Below, in pieces: positions 34,553 through 48,185 of a stretch of 64,000 nucleotides of DNA. Numbering within the stretch: the stretch's first letter is position 1; the number at the start of each line of letters is the position of its first letter. Source of the stretch: Oikopleura dioica (lineage: Eukaryota > Animalia > Chordata); the NCBI GenBank assembly GCA_907165135.1, contig OU015569.1, forward strand, positions 8,928,001 to 8,992,000, in the 5' to 3' direction. The translations under genes were made by a program, and so were the position numbers. The notes under the pieces were generated by a model, which had not been told where the DNA came from, made no database searches, and was given only the letters and a program-made list of their open reading frames with translations.

Positions 34553-35830
34553 AGTCTAGTTGCCCTCAGCAGCAGCAGCGGCGAGTTTGGCTTCACGTTC
34601 TTCCTTTCGCTTTCTCTTTAAGATAATTTTAGTTGTTTTGAAAAAGCAAGATAAATTCTTTTCCACTTCTTTGAGTTTATTTTCGCGCTTTCAGCCTGAT
34701 AAGCTTCAGTTCGCTCCACTCAATGTTAGAAGTTTTGACGGTGATCGCACGTTCTCTAATTTCAAGTTGAACTGACCTTGAGTTTCTGTGGATTGGTTGG
34801 ATAGCTTCGTCTTCGCTTTTGCATTCGGCGCATGTTCTCCTGGATCCTGTCGATGTAGTTACCTCGTTTGTCCTTGCACCAGGGGCCCTATTCGGTTAAC
34901 GCAAAGTAAAACACTGCTTCTGGCTGAAGCGTCAAGTACCTTAGAAACGTAGGATCGAACCCAGTTTGACATAGCATTGTGCATTTTGTTGATTCTGAGG
35001 ATGATCTCTGCTCGTTCCTTGATTTCTTCATCCAAATCACCACCACGGCTTATAGCAGCGTCTTTCATGTCTTCGATGAGGTCTGTTAGATCGTTGCATT
35101 CCTTGAAACATTATTTTCTAAATTCTTGAACAGACAACGAACCTCAGCTGTAGCTTCGTCGACGGAGTAGACATCCATGCCATCACAATTTTCGAGGTAG
35201 AGTTCTTCCAGCATGTCAACGCTTACTGGCCCATCAACCTGAATATTAATGCTCAGAGGACGACTGAGCTCACGTCACAAACCTGCGAGAGTTCGGTATC
35301 AATAAGGTCTCGGGCAACCTGATCGACGACGCCATCATCTTCATCGAGAATGTTGTCTTCGTTTTCTTCAGCGTCGCGTCTGAAATAGGTTAATTAACGT
35401 TCTAATTTTCTTAAATTAGAATGTGCTCTCTCTCTCTTCCTCGTTTCGATAGAAATTTCTCCATGTGGAGCATTATTAGTAATATCCTCGTACGCAGCGG
35501 GATAATGGGCTTACCGATCTCTGTTCTTTCTCTTGTTATGTTTCTTCTGTCGATCACTGCAAACTCGCCGGGCCTTGATGAAGGTCCAGTACATTTTCTT
35601 CTGCTTTTTGAGACAGCGGCATTGGTAGGCCGGCCTAAACACGTTTTGTTACAACCCGGCTGACGGGAAAAAACCTACTTGTCAATGTAGAATTTGCAGA
35701 CTTTGGTCAGATTGTCAACAATTTTCGTCAACCGACCGCCGCGTTCAGGATATTCCCAATCCTTTCTGATGCATTGCTTATTCGATCTTGCAAAGCGATG
35801 CAATTCGGCTGAAATAATACAAATAAGAAA
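34553..35830 (-). CDS. Uncharacterised basic/acidic protein, multi-exon
   Basis: In-frame exon chain KDWEYPERGG...DKPAYQCRC...SNWVRSYVSKGPWCKDKRG...EAKLAAAAAEGN*; start not identified. Confidence 0.5.
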
Positions 35831-36936
35831 TAAGCCTTCAAGTGCTTCTTGACTTGATGTTTTGACTTATGTTCGTTCTCTTGGCTTTTGTTAGTGATAA
35901 AATTGTCTTGCTGTCAGCGCATTCTGCTTTATCGCTGCTCTGCGCTATACACTAGTAAACCTAAGTTAATTTAGACGGGGCCGTTCCGTCTCCAAGTTCA
36001 TAATTATAGAATTAGAAATTGCGAGAGGAAAAATTCGTCGGTCCACTTATGTGATAAATGGCAGTGTGCGAGCAAGCCACGTTTTCACGTTTCGATAAGG
36101 GCACTTGCTGAGTACCTCATCAGCTTTTATCTGTTCTTTGAATGAGGAGCGGAATTCCTCAAAATCTTGGCACGTATTTTAAATCGAGTCTTTAAAAGTG
36201 TCTGTTAGTCAATTTAACTAGCCCAGATTCAAAAATAAAAACATCCAATTTAATCGCTCGTTTTGGCTTTGTGACGATTTTTGTGTTTTCAAACAGCAAG
36301 ATCGACTCATAATTTGTGGCGCACATTCGAAGCCTGCATAACTGCCCTCCTCATCCTTATTTTCACAACGCTGCTTTTGCGTAAAAAATAAGAAGCCGGA
36401 TCTCTTTCTTACCTTCAGTTCTTTTCGGATTGACTCCAATCGCACCGAGCGCCAAAAACGTGCTGAGTTTCATGATGATATTTCACTAGAATTCAAAGTT
36501 GAGAAACAGTCGTAGACAGATGCCGTCATATTACCTTATTTGATACACGCGTGAGAGGGTCAGCCCTGCGTCGTTGCCAGTTGAATTTCGTTTCAATTCA
36601 CTGTACTTTGGTTTAGAAATGCAGAGCTCAAACAAGAGACATTCTTGTATATTAAACTCTTTCATCAATGTCCCGCACGCAGTGGTAATGAAAACCTCTA
36701 CTACGCTTAGAGTTTTGTTTTTTTTTTCTTATAAAAAAGCGTTGAACAAGAATCGAATTTCGATCACTAAAAAATTCACCAGCAAGAATCTCTCTGCTGA
36801 CTTACTGCGTACGTTTTGATGTTTCTAAGTCGTGTTAATTACTTTTACAAAGCTCTTTTTCAAAACGTTCCACGTTCCAGATATTCTGATATTGGCGCTT
36901 GAAAATATCAATAAGGGTCCCTTCAGAGGGCAATGA

Positions 36937-37440
36937 TTAGAGATGATGTTCATGTGTAGCGGACGATCGCGTAGGAACCGGTGGCGTTTCTAGTACTCTC
37001 CAGTCGCGGAGATCAAAATCACCCCACACACGTCCAAACAAAATGTCCCCAATTCTGATCTTTCGATTGAAATCGCCCATTACCCTATCGCTTCGATTTT
37101 GGGTAATGTGTATTCAAACATACTCAGTGGAAGGAGCGGACGCTTATCGAAAATTAAAATAATTCTTTTCGCTCGTAGTGTTATTTTTAGGAACTGTGCG
37201 CATTGAGATAGGCGGAATCGAATATTTGCATTACGACATTGAATTCGAGCTCCAGGATCTTTGTTTTTTGATCGTCAATCTTCAAAGCAACAGCTTCGGA
37301 ATAACAATCTCCCACTGGATCAAGAACTAGACTAGGGCTCAATCCAAATAAAAAAGCTCAATAGACACTATTCTCCTGAGTCAGACCATCGGTTAGAACG
37401 GTAAGAACTCGTGAAGTTGATTGATTGAACAGCGAACAAC
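36937..37440 (-). CDS. 3' exons of an unresolved gene, possibly VWA-domain
   Basis: SRVLTVLTDG resembles the VWA xxLTDG motif; following GT-AG introns join to ...VMGDFNRKIRIG...HEHHL*. Confidence 0.35.
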
Positions 37441-38651
37441 TAGCCGCGACAGATCACAATGCTTTGCACCCACAAATTACATACTGTCATGGTGCTTTTC
37501 ACAGCGCGAAAGAGAAAGATGTTTAAAATGGTAATTGGGCTCTGATTTTGGTATTTTCGTGAGACGTCATCCCGGCCAATTAAAATTAGCGCACGCAATT
37601 GTTTGTGCATTCCGCGCGCCACACATTTTGTTAATCTCCTTTGCACCACATGCGTCCTGGGCGAGGATTCGAAAGCCCATCTTGCAATATCTTACAAAAT
37701 GTACCCCTTTGAAGAAAAAAGAAATGGTTGATTACAACTGCCCTCACGACAATTTCAAAAACCGCTTGATTCAATACTATATTTTTATATCTACTGAATT
37801 TGAAAACTATTATCTTTTCTTTTGGCTTATAAATCTACGTAGTTAACCATAAGCAATTGTGACTAGCTGATATATTTTCGTCAAAATGATTCTGGATTCT
37901 GCTCCCGTTAATCCAAGCATTTGTGGTGCCTGTAAATTGAGTCCTTCAAAAAAAGTTCTTCCTCGTAAAATAAGCACAGTTTTAAGAAAAATCTAAAGAG
38001 TGAGCTTCTAAAAAAGACTAAAATAAAAAATACTATTCATCCCTGATGAAGTATCGAAAGATCGAAATTGCAACTTAAAATTTAAGCTTTATCTTAAAAT
38101 TAATATCGAAATATTTTTTTTTAATTTTGGTAAGTTTGAATATTTAGTTTTCGAGTACCTGGAACGATGAATCTATGAAAGCGTAAGTTTCTAAATCTCT
38201 CTGTTTCTAAACCTATGCCTGAAAAGTGCAGTAGCTAGGACGGAAATTGGCGTTGGTGCTGGTGTTGATCTCTCTGAGTGATCGTCTCGATTCCTCTTCT
38301 TTGAGTACTGATTTACTCGATCGTATTCGCTCCGTGCCCCGCTTGCAGCGCTAGAGCGCGAAAACGCGCCGTTTTCATGAAAATGAATTTTTTATGAAGC
38401 GCCAGAGAGCGGCACCTAGCATTCAAAGCTTAGCACAGCTGGATCGGGGTTTTTGATCTTCTGATCTTCATGAATAAGTAGCTCATGCTTTGTAGTAAAC
38501 GTAAGAAACAAGCCGAACATAAAAATGACAAATTTACTCGATTGACGCTCTTTCCAATTGAAGAAATCCAAATTTAGTTTTAATCTGACTGCTCTTAATA
38601 AAATTGAACATTTAACAGAGTATCTGTTATGATCTGAAATAGAATATTTTT

Positions 38652-38911
38652 GGGTGGCGGGCGCCCAGGTTCACAATCGGTTGGTTCACAATTTTGTGAA
38701 CTTGGTTCACAATTTCGGTCAAAAAAGTGACTCAAATTGACTGAAGGCCCGGTTGTAGAGAAAGTTAATAACTTCAAAAATGAGTTTCTCTATGAAATCA
38801 GGCGCGGAGCGCATACAGACCCCTGATTTCGTACTTTTAAAAAAATTGTGAACCGGGTTCACACAGATTGTGAACCGGGTTCACAATTGTGAATCTGGGC
38901 GCCCTACACCC
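38652..38911. mobile_element. 260-bp MITE in non-coding DNA
   Basis: TIR GGGTG(GC/TA)GGGCGCCCAG(G/A)TTCACAAT; 8-bp TSD ATATTTTT at 38644-38651 and 38912-38919; repeated GGTTCACA subterminal motifs. Confidence 0.88.
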
Positions 38912-41900
38912 ATATTTTTTGATTGCATTTATTGGAGCTCGATCAATAATGAGAGCAGAAAATTTTCGAAACTTTCGTAAAAAAAATTTTTTTTTTAATT
39001 TTTTCCGTCGATTCGACGATTCCTTCGAGACGATCATTCGGAAAATAATAAAGATATCTAAGCCGTACAGTATTGAGTACTTGAAGATCTTATTTCATGT
39101 ATTTGAGCCTGAAAATGAGCTAGAGCCAGAGAGATTTTCGAGAAAGCAGTTTTTGTTGTTCTTGAAAATTTCTCTAGAATTGACGTTGTTGTCAGAGCAT
39201 TTTTCGGAGTTTTGGTCAGTCTTCGGATTTCGACTGTCCGAAACACGCAAATAACAGGTAGTAAATACTTTAATCTGCGCAAAAAATAATTTCACTTTCA
39301 AGCCCGAAGAAAAACGAGCACAGGCTCATGACTTGGACCAACTCTGAGAGACACGGATGGATTCAATCCGTGTTCCAAGTTCAACAATATCCTGAAAGAG
39401 GGAGCACTCAAGATCACTGAAACCTGAATAAAATCAATTTCTTACTCTATATTGTGTTATTAGTTTATTGTAGAGCTGAGTCGAATCGTAGAACGGTGGC
39501 AGTGTAGTTTCGATTTGAGCTGAGATTTATTCTTCAAGTTTGAAGAAGGAACGAGTTGGTTTAGAAAATTTCTCGAAGCGTAAGTGATGGATATCTAATT
39601 CAAATTCATCTGTTGCGATGGACTTAAGAATTTCCCGGGCTGCCACCACTAGAATGTCTCCCGTTGTGGCCGCCGCATTAGTTAGCTGAGTCGCGATCCA
39701 AAAAGGATGGGGACTGGGAAAGACGTACAGAAGAACGTGGAATGCAAGCTTACACACTTTCAATACGCTTCTTAAACTCGAACTTGAAGACGGTGACGTC
39801 GCTAAACAAGTAGCTAGAAAATGCGAGCCGGCGCGAGACTCAGCTGCAGAGGATTCAAACTGGCTGAATTAGATTTACGCAGTTATGTTTTTGTTACGCG
39901 GAGTAATTGCTCCAAACAATTTAAACTTGACAAAAATAGAAGATTGTTGTTTCTACCGCTTTAATCCCTTGTTTGAGAAATCCTTCTGCAAATTAGTGAG
40001 ATTATGATGCCCTCTATTTACGCGGCAATTAGGAAAGTTGTCGGTAATTAGTGAGCACAGCTTTCGCCAATCAAAACCAGTCATTGTCTTGTCAATTAAC
40101 TTTGTACATTCGAGCGGGCCCCAAACACAGGAAACACGAGTTCCTTGCTAGAAGCTTTTGAGTCGCCCAGTTCAAGTCATAAATCCGAAATAATACTGAG
40201 ATTAATCTGGGCCGATAATATCGGCATTATTTATCAACAAATATGTCTCGGCACCAGCCGCGCGAGTTCTACATTTTCATCATCAATTTACGCGCCAGTC
40301 TTATCACGAAAAGGACTGCCGGAACTCAAAAATCCCAGAAGCGGCCGGCTCCTAGAGAAGATAAGGAGATTATCGCTCCAGTGTCCTTACTGACGCATAT
40401 TTACTCGTAAGAACGCGGGTCAAAACGTGAAGGAGAACCACAGTGAAGCGTTGAATCGATTGTTCGATAGAAAGAGGGATGATATTTTATGACCGCGGGC
40501 GAAATCTCACACTGAGAGTGTGATGGTGCATTTTATCGGTTCAAAGCGTAAAAAATCCGAGTTTGAAGTAAGCAGCTTATAGTTGATGCTTGATGGGGGC
40601 AATTTTGAGCAGTTAACCTTTTTGTACCTAATTTAAATGACCACTGTTTTTTGCTGGCTCAAAACCGAAAAAATCATATTAAAATTATAAGGGCGGGGAT
40701 TTAATGAGCCTGTGAATTGAGTTCCACTTGCTAAGCGATGAAGCAATGCGAATAGAAGCAGCCCAGAAGCTTACACGTGTAGACTAGCATCGCCATCTTA
40801 GCTATGACGGGAATGCCGCAAATAATGCCAGCAGCACGACGAATTCCCTGCATCTTTAAGAGTACAACCGTATATTGCGCCTCTTCTAGCTTCTCGCCGA
40901 GAAATCGTTTTTTTTCCAAAATGGCACGTAAAATTCTTCCTGGAAAAGAAGTAGTCTGCGTCGTGGCATTGTTTCAGGTACGTGGCGTTGTAATTTAGGC
41001 CGCAAAACACTCAGTTCCAGACCCATGCTTACTTTCTGCGGTAATTAATTTGAAAGTTTATTTGAAAACGGCCGCCAGCGAGTCACAGCTGAGAAGACCA
41101 GCATATTCCCCACAATTCACCAATTTGTAAGTGTCGCCTTGGAGTATCCCAAGCCACGTTCTCAATCAAACTTCGTGGAACTGGCACCAGTCGACGCACA
41201 GGAAACGAGTCCCTTTTAAACGCAGGTGCTTACTGCGTCGCCTTGGACAAGATCGAATGCGCCAAAAAAGCATATATGGAGCTGAAGGTGTCGAGCAAAT
41301 TATGCGTCTTGTGGTCAGCGAATTGCCAGCAAGCGCTCTAAGCTGTCAACATCATGTGAGTCTATTTTTTTAATAAGCAAGATGGCCCTTGAGATCTGCT
41401 TCGAATCTCTTTCTGAATTTAGCAGAAAGCAAGTCGCCACGTTGAATGCTTTAGAGCGCGCTTCTTTTATCTCCACAAAGTGAATTTCATACCGCCAAAA
41501 TAGATATCGCAAACGAATTCTGAATTTTCCAAATATCTGCGGCCGGCAATAAACGAGACCTAGATCGACTTAATTATGGAATGGCTGTTGACGGCTGCTA
41601 AAAGAAGCGGCGGATCAGAAGCAGACAAACTTAGATTTTTTAGAAATGCAGGCGGTCAGTAATGACAGCGCGGGTGCCTGAGAACGTGGAATTGTGGCGT
41701 CTCAATCGCAACAGTCCCGCACCAAATTTAGATAACTCTTTCCACGTTCCACAATAATGAATACCTCCCCCTTCAGAAACATGCCAAAGCCATGTACAAT
41801 CCAGAACTCGCTTCCATTCATTTCAGCCGTCCAGGAGAAATTGCTGTTACAAACAAAAAGTACGCCGATGACGAAAGCGAATTAATTTTCAAAATTAGCT

Positions 41901-44900
41901 TGAGACTCTGTTCCTCCTCTCATCAAATCAGTTTCGCGCTCCTCGGCGCAGGTGCATCAGCATTAAGACCGTTGCCAACATTACCAACTACGAGGCCAAA
42001 TTGACACATGAAATTGCGAGTCTCTCTCGCGAGGACGTGGAAACATTTTTGAGAAAACAAGCAGTGAATTTACTTCTTGTAAGGCTCCAATTATCTTCCC
42101 AATGCGAAAGTCCAACTCGATGAGCGTGACTTTGACAAGCATCAAACTCATGTCAACATTGATTGCCAGATTTTCGCTTTTAAAATCAATTGTCCAGCAG
42201 AATACATTATTTTTGTTTTGGAAGACTTGCTCGGCGAGACAAGGAAGTCCGTGGGCGTTGCTCAATGTCAACATAATCATAGTGATATAAAAAGAAGTCC
42301 CAGCAGGTAAGAGTCATGATTACAATGTAGATTGAAAATTTGAATCAAAATCGTACAGCTCGATAATTGAGAGAAAATCGTAACGTTGGAAACAACATGA
42401 AAGCGCCTGAAATGTACAAAGTAAACCCGCAATTACCTACTTCATCGTCATCATGACTGGAGATCATGACGAGTCGTCGACGACTGGCAAACGTCAAGTT
42501 AAAATGATTAAGCGCTGGTCGCTCTATCACTTTCTCACTAACACTTTTGAAGAATCACTCTAAGAAACCTACCTTTCCTCTGATCCACTCTGATAATTAA
42601 TTTTAATCCTGTTTTCTTGATTCTACTGATAGAAACGAATAAATGATTATATGTGATTGTAAATCCTATTTTTCTTTTGAAGACCGTATTCTCATTTCGT
42701 TCACGTTTATTTTTGGTTTGTTAAAAATCTGTTTCCCGGAGCAAAAATGCTACGACAACTGTCCGAACAAGAATTGATGGTCCTTTTCTCAGGATCCATT
42801 TTAGCTCGCTTTGGTTTCAGATTTGAACCGATCTCCAAGTAGTGCTTTGTGTTCCGCCTTCTTTTACTTTAATACGCCGCTCGTTCCAGCACCAGGCGAA
42901 GCTGTAAGGCTCTGAATTGAGATTCATGACTATTTTTTCCTTCTTTTTCAATTATTGCTGCGAGTTATAATTTAAATTTGTGAAGATTTTCTTTTGCTCT
43001 AGTAGCCAGAGTATTTTTATCAGACGATCAAGATGCTCTTGAAAGGCAAAGGACAATAAAACGACCACAAAAAACATCGTGGGAGATAAGGGTGGCCCTC
43101 AAAACATTTGAAGCAAAGTTTCAGTGGAAATGTTTCTGTGGCTTCTGAAACAAAGCTCTTCAATGTTTATCGATCCTTAAAATTCTGTCGTCGCCATCTA
43201 ATTGGCATCCTTAGTACTTCATATTCTCTAGAATTTTACAATACTGAATTAAACTGGTTCAGAGCAAAGCTACCACAGTAATTACCTGTTGAGTAAGGCT
43301 TCTTCTTTTTGCATTTTGAAGAAAGTCGGCGACGGAAATGAACATCTATGAATCGACATTCCAATTCCAGCCAAACCAAAAGTTGCTAAGAAAGAGATTT
43401 ACAAATTGATTCTCTTTGGAAAATGCAAATCTCCAAGAACAAGAAGTTTATTGAAAAACGGGCTAACTCGCTAAACCCGTTAATTATTTTCGAAGTCTCG
43501 ACTTTGGCGTTGACCGCAATTCCTGACTATCGTTTATTTTCAAAACAATGCGTTTCCTTGTCTTTTAAGTTTACAATTGGTTTGACGTGGAAATCTACTA
43601 ACAAAATATTCACTATTTTTAGACAACGCGGATTAATAATAATTGCCCTCGAATTCGAGGTACGCTATTAATGATCCTTTGTCACTTGTCTTCGGAGTTA
43701 ACCTTGTGCTATAAAGATTGAAAGCCTTTGCTTACAAAACATAGATCGGGGGTAAAATAATTTAGAGAGGGCCACGCTCAGTCCTCATATAACTGGAGCG
43801 CTTGTTTGCTTGCCTAGGATCATCCTATTTACGCCGTACACAAGTACAAATAATTAACACTCGACTTCGTCCTTATTCCTACAAAGTAGCTTATTTACTC
43901 CTCGCACTGAAACGTTCCATAAGTGATAAATTTAGTGAACTCGTTATTCACTCACTTCGAAGAAATCGTTTCTCAAATGTTTCTGTTTAGAGCTAATTTA
44001 ATCCTGCTTGATGATTTTATTGCAATAAATTGAGCATTTTGAATGTATTTCCGCTAATTTTGAGACTTCGATTTCTTCCGATAGAGATTTGCTTTCTTGA
44101 AAAAAAAAGAAACTGACTTTCTAAAGAACGTCATCGCTAGTAATACTCTGTTCTGGACTTGAGTTTTATGAGCTGGCCTAAAATTTTTATAATTTGATGT
44201 AAATCACGTGTCTGGTATTCTCTGTCAATCTGCTGCTGTAATTCTGCTCGCGCTGCTTCGTCCATTCGTAATTACGAAGAGGTGGAAATCGTTGAATTCT
44301 CGAGAGGAACGAAGATCGCAGTCTTGGCGAAATTTAGGGGATGTAATGTAGTGGCAAAATTAAATTAATTCGGCGCAGAAAGCGCTCTGCCCCCCGCGGC
44401 TGGACGGCTCATTATCATGCTCGACCATTGTCGTCCTCTCGACGTGGACGCCCTTCAACTGCTCCAATACTGTAGTGCGCTTCTTCTTGAGCCAATCTGT
44501 CTGTGAGCTTCACAAGCAAGGCATACTTTATGTTTATACGTTTTTTTATTCCAGCGTCTTCCGCCTTCTACAACCGACATACAGCAAGTGCGACAATTAA
44601 AAAATCATTTTCCGGCATAATGTTCATTCCCAAGTCCTAACGCATCTACAACGACACCACATTTAATTGCCAGGATGTGGAAGAAAACGATGTTTTTTAG
44701 AAAATGTTTCGTGAATTATTTTTGTGAAATCAGCGAATTTATAAATATTGCTGTTTTGAAAAAGGCAATAAATAGCGTAAAGATCGTGGGAAATCGAGCT
44801 CGAATTTCGTTGAAATAGTATGAGAACGCAGGTAGAACTGGGAAGTGGACAATGGATGGGGCTAACATAACCGTCCCTTTCATTATTTTTTGTTAGTGTT

Positions 44901-45109
44901 ATTACAAGTATTTGGAAAGCTTGCACAGTAGCTTCAACCAGAAGATTGCCACGATATCGTTTTCTAAAAAGAACGTCTCGAAATAAATGAATTCAAACGT
45001 TCAGGTGGCGTTGGCGAAACTCGAAAATGGAAATAAAAAACAATGTCGCACTAAGTAAATTCAGGAACATTGTTGGCGTCGATTTTCTAGTATTTAGACT
45101 AACTTAATC

Positions 45110-47230
45110 AAAATTTACTGCCAACAGTACTGATTCTAGAGCGCACTGGATGTACAAATAGGGTCCATTATCTGACAGAAATAGGGGAAGGATAAATATT
45201 TCGGCAACGTTAGACAACACTTTCGACATTGGTTTATAAACACGTAGCACTGGTGATTTCGCTTTCAGAAACTCAGATTTATGGCTTTTGATTTTCACCG
45301 TTTTTAAATTGAGAGATAGCTAGCATGAATGAGATTTGCGAAGACAAACAAGTAAGCTCACATACTTTAGTCTAACTCATCAATCTCGAATTCTAGCCAC
45401 AGCTGCTCTGTCTTCAAACTATTCTAGTCAGGAAAGTGATTTATTTCCGATATCATCAGATTCAAAGAGTTGGCCCTGGAGTTTTAGCGTAGCATTTCTC
45501 TTTGATGATTTTTGATCACTTTTGGTAGACACGGCGAGGGCCCATGCCATCGTCTATCACCTAAAGAAAAGGCTCTTTGTCCAAAAACATGTCAGACTTG
45601 CAATGGACCTGGTTGCCAGCCAAGTTTTTCACTTTCAATGCATACAGTATTCTCATTCTTATTTTATTAGCTCTAAGTTTACCGATTTATCTGGACCATC
45701 GTCTATGTCTTACATGAATCGTGCAACGCAGGAATAAGGGAGCTCAAATTGCGTTTAAAACTAAAACGTCATTGCATTAGATTTCTAGGTCGATACCGCA
45801 AATTGTAATTTCAATCACAAATATTAAGGCGCCGGGTAAAAACGATGACCTTGTGGTGACGCCATGTTCCGAGTCGAGTAAAACACGTGTCCTCTTTTAA
45901 TTGAACCCTTTCCGTAACTGGTCCGAACAATTCGCTCGCCAAAGCAGCTGTTACCACTCGTGATCGCTGACGAGTAAAGAGACCCTTAACCAGAGCTCGC
46001 CGTTACGTGCTCGGAAATCTCATTCGGTATCAATTGTTTTTACGCGTTTTGTTTGAAAAACTGAAAAAGGATCAAGTTGTACGATGCGACTTGGAGTTTA
46101 TTTCACCATATTACAATTGTGACTTGCTTGAAGCGAGTGAGCGTTTAAGCTGCAAAAGAACATGTCGTCTGTGCCCGGACCAGGTCGCAACTGTGTCTAT
46201 TGATTATTCCGATAATCCGATGGGCTGGGGCTCACCTAATTACGATTATGAAAGTACTACAAGGAGTTTTGACACAAGCACGACGAGGTATGAAGTAACT
46301 GGATATACCACAGAATATATTGCGACGACTTCCGGGCCACCCAACCTCGAACAGGATTTGGTCAACTCATACTAGCTTGTTCTCAAGATGATCATATTTT
46401 ATAAAAAAAACTGCTAGTTCACCCAGAAATAGAGCACACGTACACAGCAGTCGTCTCCAAAGATAACCGAGTCAGTCAAAACGACGAAAGAGCCAAGCCT
46501 CGTCCCTTCTGAGAATGGAGTCCCGATAATGCCGGTCCAGCCTGGTATCCTTTGGCCGAGTTCTACCGATTCACCATTTTTAATGCCGCTATGGCTTCCT
46601 CTGTGGGTGGTGATTCTCGTCGGTATCGGATCAATTCTTGTAACTTCTATTTGTTGCTGCGCGTGTTTCAGGTAATCTACGCATTTTTTCGCATTAATTG
46701 ATGGCTTATGGATGGTCGTTTGTTCAAAAAACAAGCAGCGAAATATTTTGAGACAAGTTGGAGGGACGTCTACATAAGCATCCTTTAGGATCAATTTTTT
46801 AGGTTCAGAATGTGGCAAATGCGAGTACAACATTATAACGAGGTCAAGAAGCTTCAGAAGCGAGTCAAGAAGGCTGAGAAAGATAAAGAAAACGACAAAG
46901 AAAACGAGAAGAATAAAGAAAGACCAATCGACTCTTCCACAATGCCCGGGTCGCCACCACAGTACTCTGAACGAATGTCGGACATATCAAGCATTCGCAC
47001 GGCTACCACTATTCGTACTGATCGTGAAACGCTGAAGGTTTGTCAACGAAATGTAAATCGAATTAACTTCCTTGGTTGTTAAGGCGTTGTGAAAAACAGT
47101 AAGAGGAGTAACACTTTTTAGAGTGCGAAACGCTCACGGAAGCCCGATTTGAAAGATATTTCGGAAGAAGTGATGGAGGAAGCAGAGCCCCTTAAATCCA
47201 AGGACGTGTCTCCACGGGCGTCATCAACTG
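45110..47230 (+). CDS. Single-pass membrane protein with ShKT domains
   Basis: CHRLSPKEKALCPKTCQTC and CDLLEASERLSCKRTCRLC; Thr-rich stalk; TM LWVVILVGIGSILVTSI followed by CCCAC; charged cytoplasmic tail; both ends approximate. Confidence 0.65.
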
Positions 47231-48185
47231 TAAGTCTTCACTAGATTGCAGTGCTAGAATAGATTTACCACTGTGGCTATTTATGAGAGCGGCGAAGCTA
47301 ATACCCGCAATCAGTGCGACTAAATGCGTTTTGTACTTACGTGCTTCTGACTATCGGGTTTCAATTGAACCTTCCAAAGGTGGCACTTTAACTTTGCAGA
47401 CGCTAACTAACCCCGGGTGTTATGAGAGCGAATAGGCACCACAGAGGCCAACCACAACCGGAAGCAGAAGCGCCGAGTTACGAATGGATAAGCACACGCG
47501 TGTTGACTTTCCACCGAATTCGATAACGCTTCTAACCAATCTAAAAAATATTTTCTGTATCAGTTTTACTGAACCTATCGTAGGGCAGTAGGTCGTATGA
47601 TCGATTTGCCTAGAATCACTCAACTTATTTATGATACCGCTTTTCTCTAGCTAAAAACACTGAAATACGCGATTACTCCGTCGACCGCGTTTTCTTTAAC
47701 GTCATTTCGCTTTCAGCTGGGTGCAGTGGTTTCTTATTTAGCCGCAGTCTTAGTGCCCCGGAATCCAAAATCCTGTTATAGAGGGACTTTGGGCGTTCAC
47801 GAAGTTCCGTCAACAACAGGGCGATGACGAGTTTGCTTTAATCAAAATAATGAAGTAAAACGAATATTAAAAAAGCGGTCGCGTCCCCAAACAGGACGGA
47901 CGTGTAAAGATTGAACAAGCACCATCGTTTATAGTCGATACACAGGCAAGAAAATGACGTGCACGCCCGTTTCTTCAGCGGAATAGCACATTTCTCTGTA
48001 GGTGACATGACCACGTTTTTAATAATTATCCTTAATGACGCCGTAATTAAGCGATATCAGAGTTAAGTGTCTCGCGATAAATTTTTCTGTCGCGCACACT
48101 GATATCTCTATAAGAAGGTTTTCTTGAAACATTCTCCAAATGAATTGACATTCCGCAGCTTTGATCACCGGTGTACTTTCAGAAT

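Noticed and set aside
44245-44340. SEA-like motif VEIVEFSRGTKI on the plus strand
   Set aside because: No good splice context, and the minus strand here reads at least as protein-like.
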